Virus record (IMG/VR): IMGVR_UViG_3300048009_000223
Coordinates: 1-36,243 of that record
Strand: one strand, 5' to 3'
Length of the DNA: 36,243 nt
DNA from: a virus
Taxonomy: Duplodnaviria > Caudoviricetes
Both the position numbers and the translations under genes were made by a program. A model generated the notes under the pieces. It did no database searches and was not told where the DNA came from. It saw only the letters and a program-made list of their open reading frames with translations. Of the stretch, positions 27,601 to 35,899 are shown in pieces (within the stretch, counting starts at the first letter, position 1; every line of letters begins with the position of its first letter).

Positions 27601-27635
27601 AAGGTATTGTTGAAGTAGTAGTGGGCAGAGTATAA
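18681..27635 (+). CDS. giant virion structural / tail protein (2984 aa)
   Basis: N-terminal GNDGTGDSIRESFRKVNENFQEIY (T4 gp9/gp10-type), beta-helix-like central segments, C-terminal YADLAEMY...IALQGRVPVKV...GTVIGKA autoprocessing-chaperone-like domain. Confidence 0.85.
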   Translation: MARQEVDIGIEGNDGTGDSIRESFRKVNENFQEIYAVVGKGGQITFTLLADTPDDLTPFKGDGVDAYLPTVSQDGTEIEIRKLGSDSDENPTAIDTISISVSETGKIILKLNAISLESDPEPTLGGPLNAAGVAIGNLGTTNTDVTNFNNIHGTSLTQDDLAIDKKFADKNYIPRQDPGETINVPAELTEATSYTKIVDSIQTIQINDIGYVGSVQISSHGLSRGSDGSAYVFNTAGTGLNWSKEDPVTGNTISSIDTDANGLLIYSPIQNGDTVYIGVLDSNNIGFFETAEDAQIEDLTERNNRRYKLTTTDSASLSITDAGYDADLEGFFLSHQVVPRDSVTRRQGDTMEGPLTLHDHPGDLAGAGTPNGLADLQAVSKLYVDSQSTESSANIFVSTVGSDDQSVAPPGKEGSSLAYAYRTIGAAARKAEQIQIASPFEPGPYMQDIFTSRVVSEGEPPTIELSQVTQTGFAVGAGLGARGNAKTLVEANLNYIVAEVIAWKDAQIAGKLSSTVGATTVNWTNRVVGDRALELDLRKGITAALLDHVAGTLAQSLSVRVGVEFYNDEYTRSQAGLLRDTYAHLLERARTVTASVVTNTPFSSLQSIYTQEQITYGSNQPSSDEAGNITDNLAIQRDIVTSGVFTAPVAKTGNRYELFFSNSVNGVTQGKVDQGDPQNRDLRVGKVIRGKTSGAIGKIIRYFPGNDNVNNPGSLDDLAELELLSAQEFTTGEQIEMGNIVNNRQITVRIETGQYFEDYPIKVPANVSLVGDEFRRVIIRPKAEVSQSPWSTTYFYRDKAFDGLTGGNDSITGEGDPNLPTDGEAYVNPLSGETDGYFGRHYLYNPNKSKNVDDGGALAITNPGQYNDAAVLIEKNKDFIIAENIAYLDYAKAQSNAGDANFADYAGVVWSNAAKDRYRRTVGSLIDAIANDLRTGGSTNTLHIQGSIFFDGINFANEATPRYQSIIAAGDVIQSVVINSAYNNSLYAAYKGADHPDQYINANLTGGTSIAGNGNLIYDLFELLKWGNDSTPNDDWNPAKRSTALDAFLMNDATILRNMTVQGHGGFMCVLDPTGQILTKSPYIQTGSSFSQSLNRQAFRGGMLVDAFCANTPIKVTAVQGNGFELLVTAEPGSGLAIRKPQTPAPFYINGIRYQVNDIVDYNDGGLLAPTATLILDSTSGPVSDVDPDVTVGWDTVELPIPAGGYPVTLQTAGNRSQLGNDFTQVNDLGYGLVTINGGLSEMVSMFTYYCHTAYYAGNGGQIRSLNGSNANGVYGLVAQGSDPNEVPDDVVLKDDMMQSAKTFSAITVLELNQNITVAAGDTIANAASTPSASGASVFASVGKKLYLDGTSGSFTTGASIFVNNADSGADVTDVDTTGYTNLETQLSMHVYDLEHIPSNKGELDYYHDDGVTPTNRIARYEVANIQKVDGILVDGYTIDNTEYTFTPVARTTNANGIIGNNESEPVSETTEAVIVISKANKNGGIYGVSVFGTERGDHYKIGDTFSIPGTQLGGTSPANDATVTITQINRSAANIDNGIQTGSIRRMTISGSINSIAGFTPERDGQVYKLNFSTSNDQFDNDGLLADIPINKPVDIRNNQTHLFRDIESVGSLTIRPSTAVNFDDDPIDTYRSISFGVNNSAGALLEDDESLTGFDATYDYVGLLVDDTYIQTAGTTVNPTVSSTTLGNTQGDTTLAISVLTQLKDIWRLNNNFDTDPQFQSIPADDTGRDFTITYELPKVISWRGKKHIVYNYREVKIETGVHNVKTTFSEDHTYALVDLKEVSEVKLTLNDKASWERDVFFNLAQRQVIVRQVGNTSANGKVKVKQVNEQVLDLYDWSGVAFNTTGALEISVDAGATYTTMTDLATGLVNIVPTLVEVKDTNVTAVATGVSQPVTQGFNSPITLRAGLQDGAPAKITIQISTCRATGHDFLDIGTGSFNQTNYPNVILGFPAREADQANEIQERQKGRVFFVSTDQDGFFRVGRFFTVDQGTGTVTFAASIALSDVDGIGFKRGVVVTEFSTDSAMSDNANDTVPVESAVRGYVNRRLGYDQQGVEVSNPLGPSVITQNGAKAFTGDQSMGQNNLTDLAPVDLLLTSGSTAVNKDYVDSRSEGVKKAKTLRDVEISTGDANQVLGLTGTYSLYLDANAGNAGAFVPGKVLTNSAATNNFGTVTGTYDFYDNGLGDVVVVYFTKGPDIASLTEYNLNIGAGTISGLKAGAPDVYSKASAGSGTTDGQSKYINGPFQEIINIGEEPFNTGTPVSDISFTTRRLVNDDDPSDVSLPDRPTAYFDMQINNEVIVNDDVNPTAAVVQSKLNMKEADTFVTAADDQIVISAQEVVQGFTYEVVLQGTTNFGALGAGASTPGTVFTANASNPNITGGGTVKRIQSNIVVKDLADDDSYATNQAKLGLSAFDGANFKVTRGHVGLKDNGIPKSKLEQIAADTVLGNSTGAEANVAEVAFTTVVDEGQGIQHTDFATTQATGVMTRTLETAGSETYLVVNATTTGEANSFVKTNGAGVIDAQGYALNNNSVLTQIGAGASGVLTITSIQGGKSIQATGGDSTTPAYTTVFGNLNIGDLKDPDGADADNDPDIFDRSELHAAADAAFDTANGTTGTITPFAASQWTYTNFIEAQNEKGDTSAGIAIGAYSGKASAGKVGIVVSNGTTQKVITFGMFDSTGDGNEDTLAIIPDDDNTTDIGGSNLRFKTGYFENMNVDASITSAGITAGNIKVGETSDNEIDTTSGNLTIDSEGGTVTIDDILSVSGTASFSSTLTVTSTTTLNGAVSLGDATGDDISINGYVNTDIIPKDATKDLGDATRTFAKTFTRELTTGASGTTGTITGDWSLSSGSKLQSTYADLAEMYSADTEYEVGTVLVFGGDAEVTTTDAKGDHRVAGVVSAEPAFVMNQDCPGIATCIALQGRVPVKVIGKVQKGDMLVSSAIPGYAIVNNTPSVGTVIGKAVGTKEDDAKGIVEVVVGRV

Positions 27636-27790
27636 TGGCCGAAAGTAAAAGCACAAAAGGTAAAAGTTCTACAGATGAAAATGGAAAACGATTAACAGTA
27701 GTCGCCAATCGTGGACCAAGGTTACAAGTAAAAATCAACGGTGATCCAAAAGATACAGCCGCTGAAGCACTTAAAAAAATTAGGCGATAA
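27635..27790 (+). CDS. small basic protein, 51 aa
   Basis: MAESKSTKGKSSTDENGKRLTVVANRGPRLQVKINGDPKDTAAEALKKIRR; TAATG coupling. Confidence 0.55.
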   Translation: MAESKSTKGKSSTDENGKRLTVVANRGPRLQVKINGDPKDTAAEALKKIRR

Positions 27791-27793
27791 ATA
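27786..27793 (+). promoter_or_regulatory. late promoter motif
   Basis: GATAAATA, then AGGA and ATG 27813. Confidence 0.65.
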
Positions 27794-27812
27794 TAGTAAA
27801 TAGGATGACATA

Positions 27813-30800
27813 ATGGCCAACAGATTTCCACTAGTAGTAGACACAACAGCAGGTAACCAGTTTAGAGAATTACCAGATGGTGATAATCTACTACTTACAA
27901 ACAGTAGCATTGTAAATGCTCTTGATATACAAGCATTAGGAACAGTTACAGCATCGCAACTGGTTGTAGACGGCACTGTATTTAGAAATGACTACAACGA
28001 CTTACAGAATAAACCTACTATTCCAACTTCGATATTACAGTTAGGAATAGGTGACGGTACAAACGGTCAGTTTCTAACAACAAACGGTGCTGGCACAATA
28101 AGTTTTCAAAACATTCCTGTACAAGATCCTACACTAGGTGGTGAATTATCCGGAACAGCAAGTAATGCTACAATTAATGCAAACTCAATTGGTATTGCAC
28201 ATTTAGATGTAGATGACGGAACTATTGGTCAAGTTCTTGCTACAGACGGTTCAGGTAACTTACAGTTTATTGATATGACAGGTGGTGGCGGAGGTGGAGG
28301 CGGTGCTTCTAACTTCTTAGAGCTATCAGGGCAAATTGGATTATCACAAATTGATGACGACTTTATTACTCCAGTAAAACTTAAAGACAACGGTCAAATA
28401 CCTACAGCAGGACAATATCTAACTGTAGCCGCTGGTGGTGATTTTGAATACTTAGATATTCCTACAACTAACCCACAATGGGACGATGTACAAAACAAGC
28501 CAAACATTCCTGCAACACTTACTGATTTAGGAATTGTAGAAGGTAGCGATGGCGATATTCTAAAAACAGACGGTGCAGGTAATTATACATTTACAGCATT
28601 TGATAGTATTGAAAACATTGAATTTAGTGGTACAACAATTAGAACTGTACCGGACAATAGTAATTTAAGTATTGATCCTAAAGGCAACGGCTATCTTAGT
28701 ATAGTAGGTACAAACGCTGTTGTATTACCAGCAGGTGATACATCACAAAGAACACCAAACGTTGCAGGTGCTATGCGTTTGAACACCCAACTAGGAATAT
28801 TTGAAGGTTACGATGGTAGTAACTGGAACGGATTAGGTGGTGTAAGATCAGTAGACGGATTAACATATGTTAGTGCTGAAACAACACCGGGCGCAAGTGA
28901 CGACACAATTACTTTTGTTACTAATGGACAAACAAGTGCATCACTTACAGAAACTAAACTAGAATTAAATCAAGCGGTTGGCGTAAAAATTAAGAGTACA
29001 CAAACTGCTGTAGACTTTGAAACAGGTGCATTAAGTGTAGACGGTGGTGTAAGCATCAAAGGCAACTTGATTGTTAGTGGTGCTGTTACTGTAAACGAAG
29101 AATTCAACACAAGTGTTAAAGTTGAAGGTACAACATTAAGTGCCACACAAACAAATCAGTTTTCAATAGCACCAGCAGAAATAGACTTCTTTGCAACTTC
29201 GATGAAGGTAAGAGTATTTGGTGCAAGTGCTGACAATATTGATCAAGATCAAACAAACTTAGGTGTACAAGTAAACAGAGTAGGATTTGGTACTCCAGAC
29301 GGAAGTGGCAATGAAGTTACATTTAGTTACCGTGTTGCACAGATGGATCAAGTGTCAGGTAAGATTAGTGCTGTTACAGCGGCGGCTGATATTACTATTG
29401 AACCAGAAGAAATTACAGATTTTAACAACAACAAAAATATTCAAGTAGTAGTAAGCAGAGCATCAAGTTCACATAACGTATTAATATATAGAAAAGTTGG
29501 TTCTGAAGTTGATTATACATTACATAGTATATTAGGTCCAAAAGAACTTGGCGTTGCACTAAGCAACATTGTATTCACCGACTACTATGACTTTGACGTT
29601 ACTCCTTGGAGTAAAAGAACTAACCAAGGATTATTTACTTCAGATAGTGGACTAGTACATGTTCCGTTAGTAGCACCAGGTAGTCCAATACTAGGTTGGG
29701 TTGATACTGAGATTACAAATGTTAATTCTGAAACAAATACACTTACAGTAGCAAGTCAATATTATGCAACATCAAGTACAATTGAAGTTGTTGTTGACGA
29801 TACTGTTGCTGTACAAACAGCAATTGATGCGGCTAAGGCACAGAATAGAAATAGCCTAAGTTTAGAAAACAGAACTTACTTTATTAAAAGACTAGAGCTA
29901 CCAGATGGATTTACATTAAAAGGTAGCGGTGATCAAACAAGAATTATCAAACAGTATTGGTCAACAGAACAAGCAATTGGCGACAATGCTATTATAAGAC
30001 CAAAGTCAGGATATGCAAGTTATAGTAACATTACAATTAGAGATTTACGTATAGACGGCAACGCACAGAATCAATATTTAACAAGTGATACAACTAATGA
30101 CTATTTAAACTATGCTGTATATTTGTATGGTAACGATTTACTATTTGAAAATATAGAATTAGATAATGTTGTAGGCGGCGGTATTTACGCATACGAATCA
30201 AGTATTACAGAAAATCTTACTGTACTAAACAGTGAAATTACAGGCGGTGGCTTAACTTACTCGTTTGACTGGTATCCATTGTTTGCAGATGAGTGTAGAT
30301 CAATTAAAGTTGCACACAATACATTTAGAAATTTCCCAGGACCAGTACGTATTAGTGCTGTACAAAAAGGAATAGTATCTCCAAATATTGTTGACAACTG
30401 TGGTGAAGGTATCTTTGCATACGGCGCAACGAAGATTATATTAACACCAAACGTACTACTAGGACCTGCAGGTGAGTTTATTGCTAATCCAGATGTACTT
30501 AATTCAGAATACGACAGTATAAACATACTACTTGAAAACGGTATTGACTTTAATAGTCCACAGTATGTATATCAAGAAAATGGTCAGTTCTTTGACTTCA
30601 CAGCAAACCAAGGACGTTTAACTGGATTAATTAACGAGCTTACTAAGATAAACAATGTTGAAGAACTAAGTACAGATTATTCAGAAACACTTGCTGGTGA
30701 ATCATACATACAGTTTACAAATGGCGGCGATGTAAACGGCAACTTTGCATTCCGCATTGTAGCAACAAGAGTAAATGGCTTACTTAGTAGAGCAAGTTAT

Positions 30801-31157
30801 TCACAACTATTAAATTCTAATCCAAATACACAAGGACTAGTTTATAGAATTGTGGCAACAGAATACGTTCCACAAAAAACAATACAAGGAAACGGTAATC
30901 AGTTAGCAGGTAGTAATTATGAAGTACCTCTTACTGACGTAAGCGGACTAAACTTAGAGGATGTAGTAAGGTTAGTCGGACACAGTACAACTCCACCCAC
31001 AGGCGGAGTTGATGGAACGATAAAAACAATAAATACGATAAGCAATACTATTGGTATTGATTTTGGAGACACATTTAGTGATATTACTGTAGTAGGTAAT
31101 GGTGGCCAAGTAGCACTTCAAAACAATTTCGTAGTAGCCAAAGGGAAAATTAACTAA
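27813..31157 (+). CDS. tail fiber/tailspike with pectate-lyase-like beta-helix (putative depolymerase)
   Basis: Fiber repeats (YNDLQNKPTIP, GTNGQFLTTNGAG, GTIGQVLATDGSG, GSDGDILKTDGAG), poly-Gly hinge, then DDTVAVQTAID...LKGSG...ITIRDLRIDGN. Confidence 0.8.
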   Translation: MANRFPLVVDTTAGNQFRELPDGDNLLLTNSSIVNALDIQALGTVTASQLVVDGTVFRNDYNDLQNKPTIPTSILQLGIGDGTNGQFLTTNGAGTISFQNIPVQDPTLGGELSGTASNATINANSIGIAHLDVDDGTIGQVLATDGSGNLQFIDMTGGGGGGGGASNFLELSGQIGLSQIDDDFITPVKLKDNGQIPTAGQYLTVAAGGDFEYLDIPTTNPQWDDVQNKPNIPATLTDLGIVEGSDGDILKTDGAGNYTFTAFDSIENIEFSGTTIRTVPDNSNLSIDPKGNGYLSIVGTNAVVLPAGDTSQRTPNVAGAMRLNTQLGIFEGYDGSNWNGLGGVRSVDGLTYVSAETTPGASDDTITFVTNGQTSASLTETKLELNQAVGVKIKSTQTAVDFETGALSVDGGVSIKGNLIVSGAVTVNEEFNTSVKVEGTTLSATQTNQFSIAPAEIDFFATSMKVRVFGASADNIDQDQTNLGVQVNRVGFGTPDGSGNEVTFSYRVAQMDQVSGKISAVTAAADITIEPEEITDFNNNKNIQVVVSRASSSHNVLIYRKVGSEVDYTLHSILGPKELGVALSNIVFTDYYDFDVTPWSKRTNQGLFTSDSGLVHVPLVAPGSPILGWVDTEITNVNSETNTLTVASQYYATSSTIEVVVDDTVAVQTAIDAAKAQNRNSLSLENRTYFIKRLELPDGFTLKGSGDQTRIIKQYWSTEQAIGDNAIIRPKSGYASYSNITIRDLRIDGNAQNQYLTSDTTNDYLNYAVYLYGNDLLFENIELDNVVGGGIYAYESSITENLTVLNSEITGGGLTYSFDWYPLFADECRSIKVAHNTFRNFPGPVRISAVQKGIVSPNIVDNCGEGIFAYGATKIILTPNVLLGPAGEFIANPDVLNSEYDSINILLENGIDFNSPQYVYQENGQFFDFTANQGRLTGLINELTKINNVEELSTDYSETLAGESYIQFTNGGDVNGNFAFRIVATRVNGLLSRASYSQLLNSNPNTQGLVYRIVATEYVPQKTIQGNGNQLAGSNYEVPLTDVSGLNLEDVVRLVGHSTTPPTGGVDGTIKTINTISNTIGIDFGDTFSDITVVGNGGQVALQNNFVVAKGKIN

Positions 31158-34100
31158 TGTCAAGTTTAAACAATATTAATAACAATGCTTCGGTAGTAAA
31201 CGTAGGTAGAACTACTCCAGTTACACCCGGCGCACAACCTGCATCCAACAGTATACCTGTTGTAGTTGCTACGGACCAAACGGCAATACCAGTCGTTGAA
31301 CAAAACAAAATACAATCAGAAGTTGCACTTTCACTACTAGGTATACCTAGATCAGAAGTTGCACTAGGTATATTTGCTGACGTTAACACATACGATGTTA
31401 ACCCAAGTGAGTGGTCAAGTGTTCCAGAAGATTATTCCGAAGTTGGAAGTACAGCAACACAATATTCAGGTGTTGGTGGACCGCAAGCATGGGGTATTTT
31501 ACACTTACCTGAAGAGTCGGGCGCACAAGTTACAGCACCAGCAGATGAAACAGCGGTATTAACAAGTAAAAGATTTTTTAGATATCAACCAGGACGTGTT
31601 TCAGCAGCTACATTTGGTATTAAGAGTTCGTTTGCTTCAGGCAACGTAGTAGGTGCAGGACAAAGAGTTGCAACAAGAAACCCAGATGTTAAAAAGTATG
31701 GTATCTTTGATAAGTTTGACGGATACTATTGGGAAACAAGAGACACAGGACAAGGCGATCAGTTTGCTGTTGTAAGACGTACACAATCTATTATCAGAAA
31801 GAACCCTTTGCGATTTGGTAATAGTGCAGGACAGCAATTAGAAGATCACGCACTAGGTGGTAAAGCACCAGCTATTGCTGAAAGCACATTTAACCAGTAT
31901 CCTACAGCAACAAAATATTTAATTGAAAACAAGTTTGATTTAATTGATAAGAGCGTAATTAGTAACACCGCAGTTAAATGTCAAAGAGACTTAGGTTACT
32001 TCTTAGAGTCTGTAGGTACAGACATTACATTAGGTACAAACTACGGATCAACATTCCAAGGTTTAGCAGAGTCTAACTCAAATGAATATCCGTTACCAAC
32101 AAGTGTTACTACAGCAATTGATAACTCAGAAACACAAGTTAAAGCACTAGCAGGTGTAGATGCTACAGCAGACGCACTTGTTGATACATGGTACAACAAC
32201 TTAAGAGCTGTTGCTGTTGACGCAAGCACAAGAGTTGATTATGCAAGTGCAACACAGGCAGAGCAAATTGCTTTCCTAAAGGCTGTTACATTTACAAATC
32301 CAACTAGTGGCGGTTCAGCAAGTAGAGAGGCTGTTAAAGACCAACTAGTTGCAAACAGAGATTTTATTGCGGCAGAGATTAATGCATGGGTAACAGATAA
32401 CTATCCAAGTGCAAGTCATAACACAAACAAATGTACACGTGATGTATTGTTTGTACTAAACGCTGTAGCATATGATGTGCTATATGGCGGAAACAGTGCT
32501 ACATACGATGCAGGTAGGTTCTTCTTTTACGATGGTTTTAGTAAGAGTGATCAAACAGCAGATTACATTACACAAACAGTAGCGGCATATGGCCGTTTAG
32601 TTGAAATCATTGATGACATTGTTAAAAATGTAACTATTAGTAAAACAACTGGTAACAGTGAAACACAAAGCACAGGCAATGGTGTAGCGGCACAAGCAGA
32701 AGCTGATGCGGCTGTTGCGTTTGCTACAATTATTAGAGATGTTATTGACGAAGGCGACATACTATTAAGTTTACCAGTTACAAGAACATTACCAGATACT
32801 TCATGGGGTGCAGCTTCAGCTGTTGCGGCACAGACTGCTATTACAGCAGCTACACAAACTATTGTAGAAACAGTAGCACCTGTAACATTTACAGGCGATG
32901 ATTTAAAATGTAAGAGAGATTTAGAATTTGCACTAGATGCTTACATCAACGATTTACGTTGGGGCGGCAATGGCCATATTATAGCAAATGCGGCAACTTA
33001 CGACACAGCAATATTAACAGATGCAGAGCGTGAGGGCGAAACACACTATTTCTTTAGAAATAAACTACGTGAAACACTAGCAGGCATTAACGAAACAGGT
33101 GCTAGAACAAAATTAGGCGACCTTGCTAAGTTCCAAATACAAGCGGTTACAGCAAACGGTACAGGAGCATATCCTGCACAGCCAGGACCAGACGGAACTA
33201 CAGGTTCAATTACAGATGCACAGATTGCATCTGCAGCATACGGACAACGTAGTAAAGTAGAAACAATCTTTAGTGTGTATGCATTGTATTACGGTTATCT
33301 AGTTAGCCAAAGTTTAAATTATGATACAGTAACAGAATTACCAGACGGTGCTAGCCAAGCAGACTTTGAAAGAGTACTTAAATTTAAATGTATTAGAGAC
33401 GTTAAGTATGTAATGAATGGTTACGGTAGTGACTTACAGTTTGGCGGCAACGCAGCTACAACATACAACGCATTTAAATACTATAGCGATGGTGCATTAA
33501 AAGTTTACTCACAAACAAGCGGTGGAGTTGTTGCAGAGATTGCTAGACACCAATTCTTAAAAGACCTGCTTACATCAAATAGTTTAGTTAATGTTGAAAG
33601 AACAGACTCACAGGTTGTACAGATTAAGAGTATGACAACAAGATTTGCTTTATCAACAACACAAAGAGATAAACTACTTACACTAACAGATACTATCATT
33701 AATAACTTTACAACTGAATATAATGGCTCTGTTGATTACGGACAAGCAGGACAGTTTGGCGACTTAGTAATTTTACGTGATGGATTGATTATGGTACATG
33801 CAGGTGTATACGATCCAACACTACTTAAGAAGCGTGTTAAAACACCAGCACAGATTGACACAACAAATAATACATTGACACTTGCAGAAGGAAGTGTTAT
33901 AATAGGACAGTATGTAAACTACTATGGCGATTGTCCAGAACTTACAGATGGTAAAACATACTTTGTAAGTGAAGTACAAGGTCCTAAGGGTAATACAATT
34001 ACACTAATGGACCCTACTGTTGCTGACTTTGATCAGTTTGATGTAACACCAAGTAACAATGTACCAATTACACTTACAGGTGCAGGAACTAATCACTTTA

Positions 34101-35896
34101 TTGAAACACCAGTACCATTTATTCATCCACTAGAATACGCAAAGTCATTTGGACTTGCAGGTGTTGAAGAACGTTACGATGGCATGTTCCCATACATGTA
34201 CACATCATCTGGTACGTTACCAGCAGATCCAGCAGACGTAACTATAGGATATATTGATACAGCAATCGACACAAGTATTGATGCGGCATCATTAAGAACA
34301 CAAATAGATAACTTAAACTTCAAGTATAAAACTTGGGTAAGAGATCATGTTGATCCAACATACTATTCAGTATATGAATACAGAGTTGGTAGAACTAGAT
34401 TCTCAGGAGATGCGTTAGACGGAAAAACACGTAACAGTGTTTACAGTGATAACGTATTAGATAAAAAAGCAGGTGAACTATTCTTAGGCACAGGCGTATC
34501 AGCACAGGAACAAACATCAGTTTGGGACATGGACTTTAGTAAGGTGACCATGCTTAAAGTTGAATTTAGTTGGTATGGTGCTGTTGGTGCATTGTTCCTA
34601 GCGTATGTTCCAGTAGACAATGGCGAAGCACGTTGGGTAAGAGTACACCATTTACGTTGTTCAAACCAGTTGAAGATATCTTCATTAGGTAATGCTACAC
34701 TTCCAATTACATATCTAGTATACGGCGGCGGTAGTGAATCACGCTTTGGTGTTCCAAATGCTAATAGGTTACAAAACCCATATGGTAGTTATTCAGAAAG
34801 CCTTGTTAAGTATGGTGCTTCTTACTACATTGATGGTGGTGACCGTGGTACAGTTAGACTGTTTAACCATAGTTCAGAAACACCTACAGACATTAATGGT
34901 TCAAAGTACAAATTAGGTGTTACTAATACTAATGCTGCAGATCCTGTTGCTCCGTACTTTACAGTAACTGACTTAGACCCTGACACACAAGGCTTTGATG
35001 CACCAGCGGCTAGTACATACTACATGAACGCAAGAATAATTACAGGTAACTCACAAGACCAAAACGTAAAAGTTATTTGGGTAGATGGCAATGATTTATA
35101 TCTTAATAAACCAGTAAGCCAAGTATCAACATTAAATGTAATTGTAGATAGACCAGCACTTGTATATGGATTAAAAACAAAAGACAACATTACATCAGGT
35201 AATGGTGACGATGTTAGAAACAGAGTACAGGTATACCCAACACGTTTAAGTGTAGGTAGTGATGCTTCAAGTAACGCTAAAGTTACACTGATTAAAACAC
35301 CTCTGTTCCAGACAACACTAGGAACAACAGGCAGTTTTGCAATTAATGCAGGTGTAGATGTAAATCAACAATACTTACTATCTACAACAAACACAAATTA
35401 TCTTTCACAAAATGGAGACTTTACTTACGGTTACTTCCGTGCAAGTTTAAATGGCTCAGAAACACTTATAAGTGTATTGGGAAGATTAGAGAAAGCAAAT
35501 GACAATTACTATTTTTATCCATCAGAGATATACAATGGTACATTAGAACTTGCTTCGGGCGCAGCATTCTTAAAAGAGGGTGTATATGATCCAAACGGAA
35601 ATGTACTTACTTCAAGTGAAACAACGTTTGAGAAGGAACGTTTAAGTTCAGTTGAAGTTGCACTAAGAGCGCAAACTCCAATACCTGGAACAGGTACTGA
35701 ACTAGCAAGTTATTACGTTGCACCGGGTGCTGAAGAATTTGACTTAGCAACTTATTTCGACTATAACAAAGAGTATATAAGTTACCCACTTACAGATCAG
35801 CTAGAGACTCTATTCTTAGCAACATTTAGTAATAATACTAATAGCAATACACCTTTAGTTTCGTTGAGTGCGAGCTTGACATGGGAGGAGCAATAA
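31157..35896 (+). CDS. large virion structural protein (1579 aa) with four internal KCxRD helical repeats
   Basis: Coupled to the tail gene (TAATG); KRFFRYQPGR and EFSWYGAVG beta-rich segments flank a helical repeat insert. Confidence 0.8.
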   Translation: MSSLNNINNNASVVNVGRTTPVTPGAQPASNSIPVVVATDQTAIPVVEQNKIQSEVALSLLGIPRSEVALGIFADVNTYDVNPSEWSSVPEDYSEVGSTATQYSGVGGPQAWGILHLPEESGAQVTAPADETAVLTSKRFFRYQPGRVSAATFGIKSSFASGNVVGAGQRVATRNPDVKKYGIFDKFDGYYWETRDTGQGDQFAVVRRTQSIIRKNPLRFGNSAGQQLEDHALGGKAPAIAESTFNQYPTATKYLIENKFDLIDKSVISNTAVKCQRDLGYFLESVGTDITLGTNYGSTFQGLAESNSNEYPLPTSVTTAIDNSETQVKALAGVDATADALVDTWYNNLRAVAVDASTRVDYASATQAEQIAFLKAVTFTNPTSGGSASREAVKDQLVANRDFIAAEINAWVTDNYPSASHNTNKCTRDVLFVLNAVAYDVLYGGNSATYDAGRFFFYDGFSKSDQTADYITQTVAAYGRLVEIIDDIVKNVTISKTTGNSETQSTGNGVAAQAEADAAVAFATIIRDVIDEGDILLSLPVTRTLPDTSWGAASAVAAQTAITAATQTIVETVAPVTFTGDDLKCKRDLEFALDAYINDLRWGGNGHIIANAATYDTAILTDAEREGETHYFFRNKLRETLAGINETGARTKLGDLAKFQIQAVTANGTGAYPAQPGPDGTTGSITDAQIASAAYGQRSKVETIFSVYALYYGYLVSQSLNYDTVTELPDGASQADFERVLKFKCIRDVKYVMNGYGSDLQFGGNAATTYNAFKYYSDGALKVYSQTSGGVVAEIARHQFLKDLLTSNSLVNVERTDSQVVQIKSMTTRFALSTTQRDKLLTLTDTIINNFTTEYNGSVDYGQAGQFGDLVILRDGLIMVHAGVYDPTLLKKRVKTPAQIDTTNNTLTLAEGSVIIGQYVNYYGDCPELTDGKTYFVSEVQGPKGNTITLMDPTVADFDQFDVTPSNNVPITLTGAGTNHFIETPVPFIHPLEYAKSFGLAGVEERYDGMFPYMYTSSGTLPADPADVTIGYIDTAIDTSIDAASLRTQIDNLNFKYKTWVRDHVDPTYYSVYEYRVGRTRFSGDALDGKTRNSVYSDNVLDKKAGELFLGTGVSAQEQTSVWDMDFSKVTMLKVEFSWYGAVGALFLAYVPVDNGEARWVRVHHLRCSNQLKISSLGNATLPITYLVYGGGSESRFGVPNANRLQNPYGSYSESLVKYGASYYIDGGDRGTVRLFNHSSETPTDINGSKYKLGVTNTNAADPVAPYFTVTDLDPDTQGFDAPAASTYYMNARIITGNSQDQNVKVIWVDGNDLYLNKPVSQVSTLNVIVDRPALVYGLKTKDNITSGNGDDVRNRVQVYPTRLSVGSDASSNAKVTLIKTPLFQTTLGTTGSFAINAGVDVNQQYLLSTTNTNYLSQNGDFTYGYFRASLNGSETLISVLGRLEKANDNYYFYPSEIYNGTLELASGAAFLKEGVYDPNGNVLTSSETTFEKERLSSVEVALRAQTPIPGTGTELASYYVAPGAEEFDLATYFDYNKEYISYPLTDQLETLFLATFSNNTNSNTPLVSLSASLTWEEQ
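31900..33720 (+). repeat. four protein-level repeats with ~151-160 aa period
   Basis: KCQRD (Cys codon at 31979), KCTRD (32432), KCKRD (32909), KCIRD (33389), each followed by D-hydrophobic-x-x-G-(G/T)-N. Confidence 0.85.
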
Positions 35897-35899
35897 TAA

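Noticed and set aside
28281-28304. GGN repeat as a phase-variable microsatellite
   Set aside because: Mixed Gly codons encoding an ordinary poly-Gly hinge in a fiber protein.
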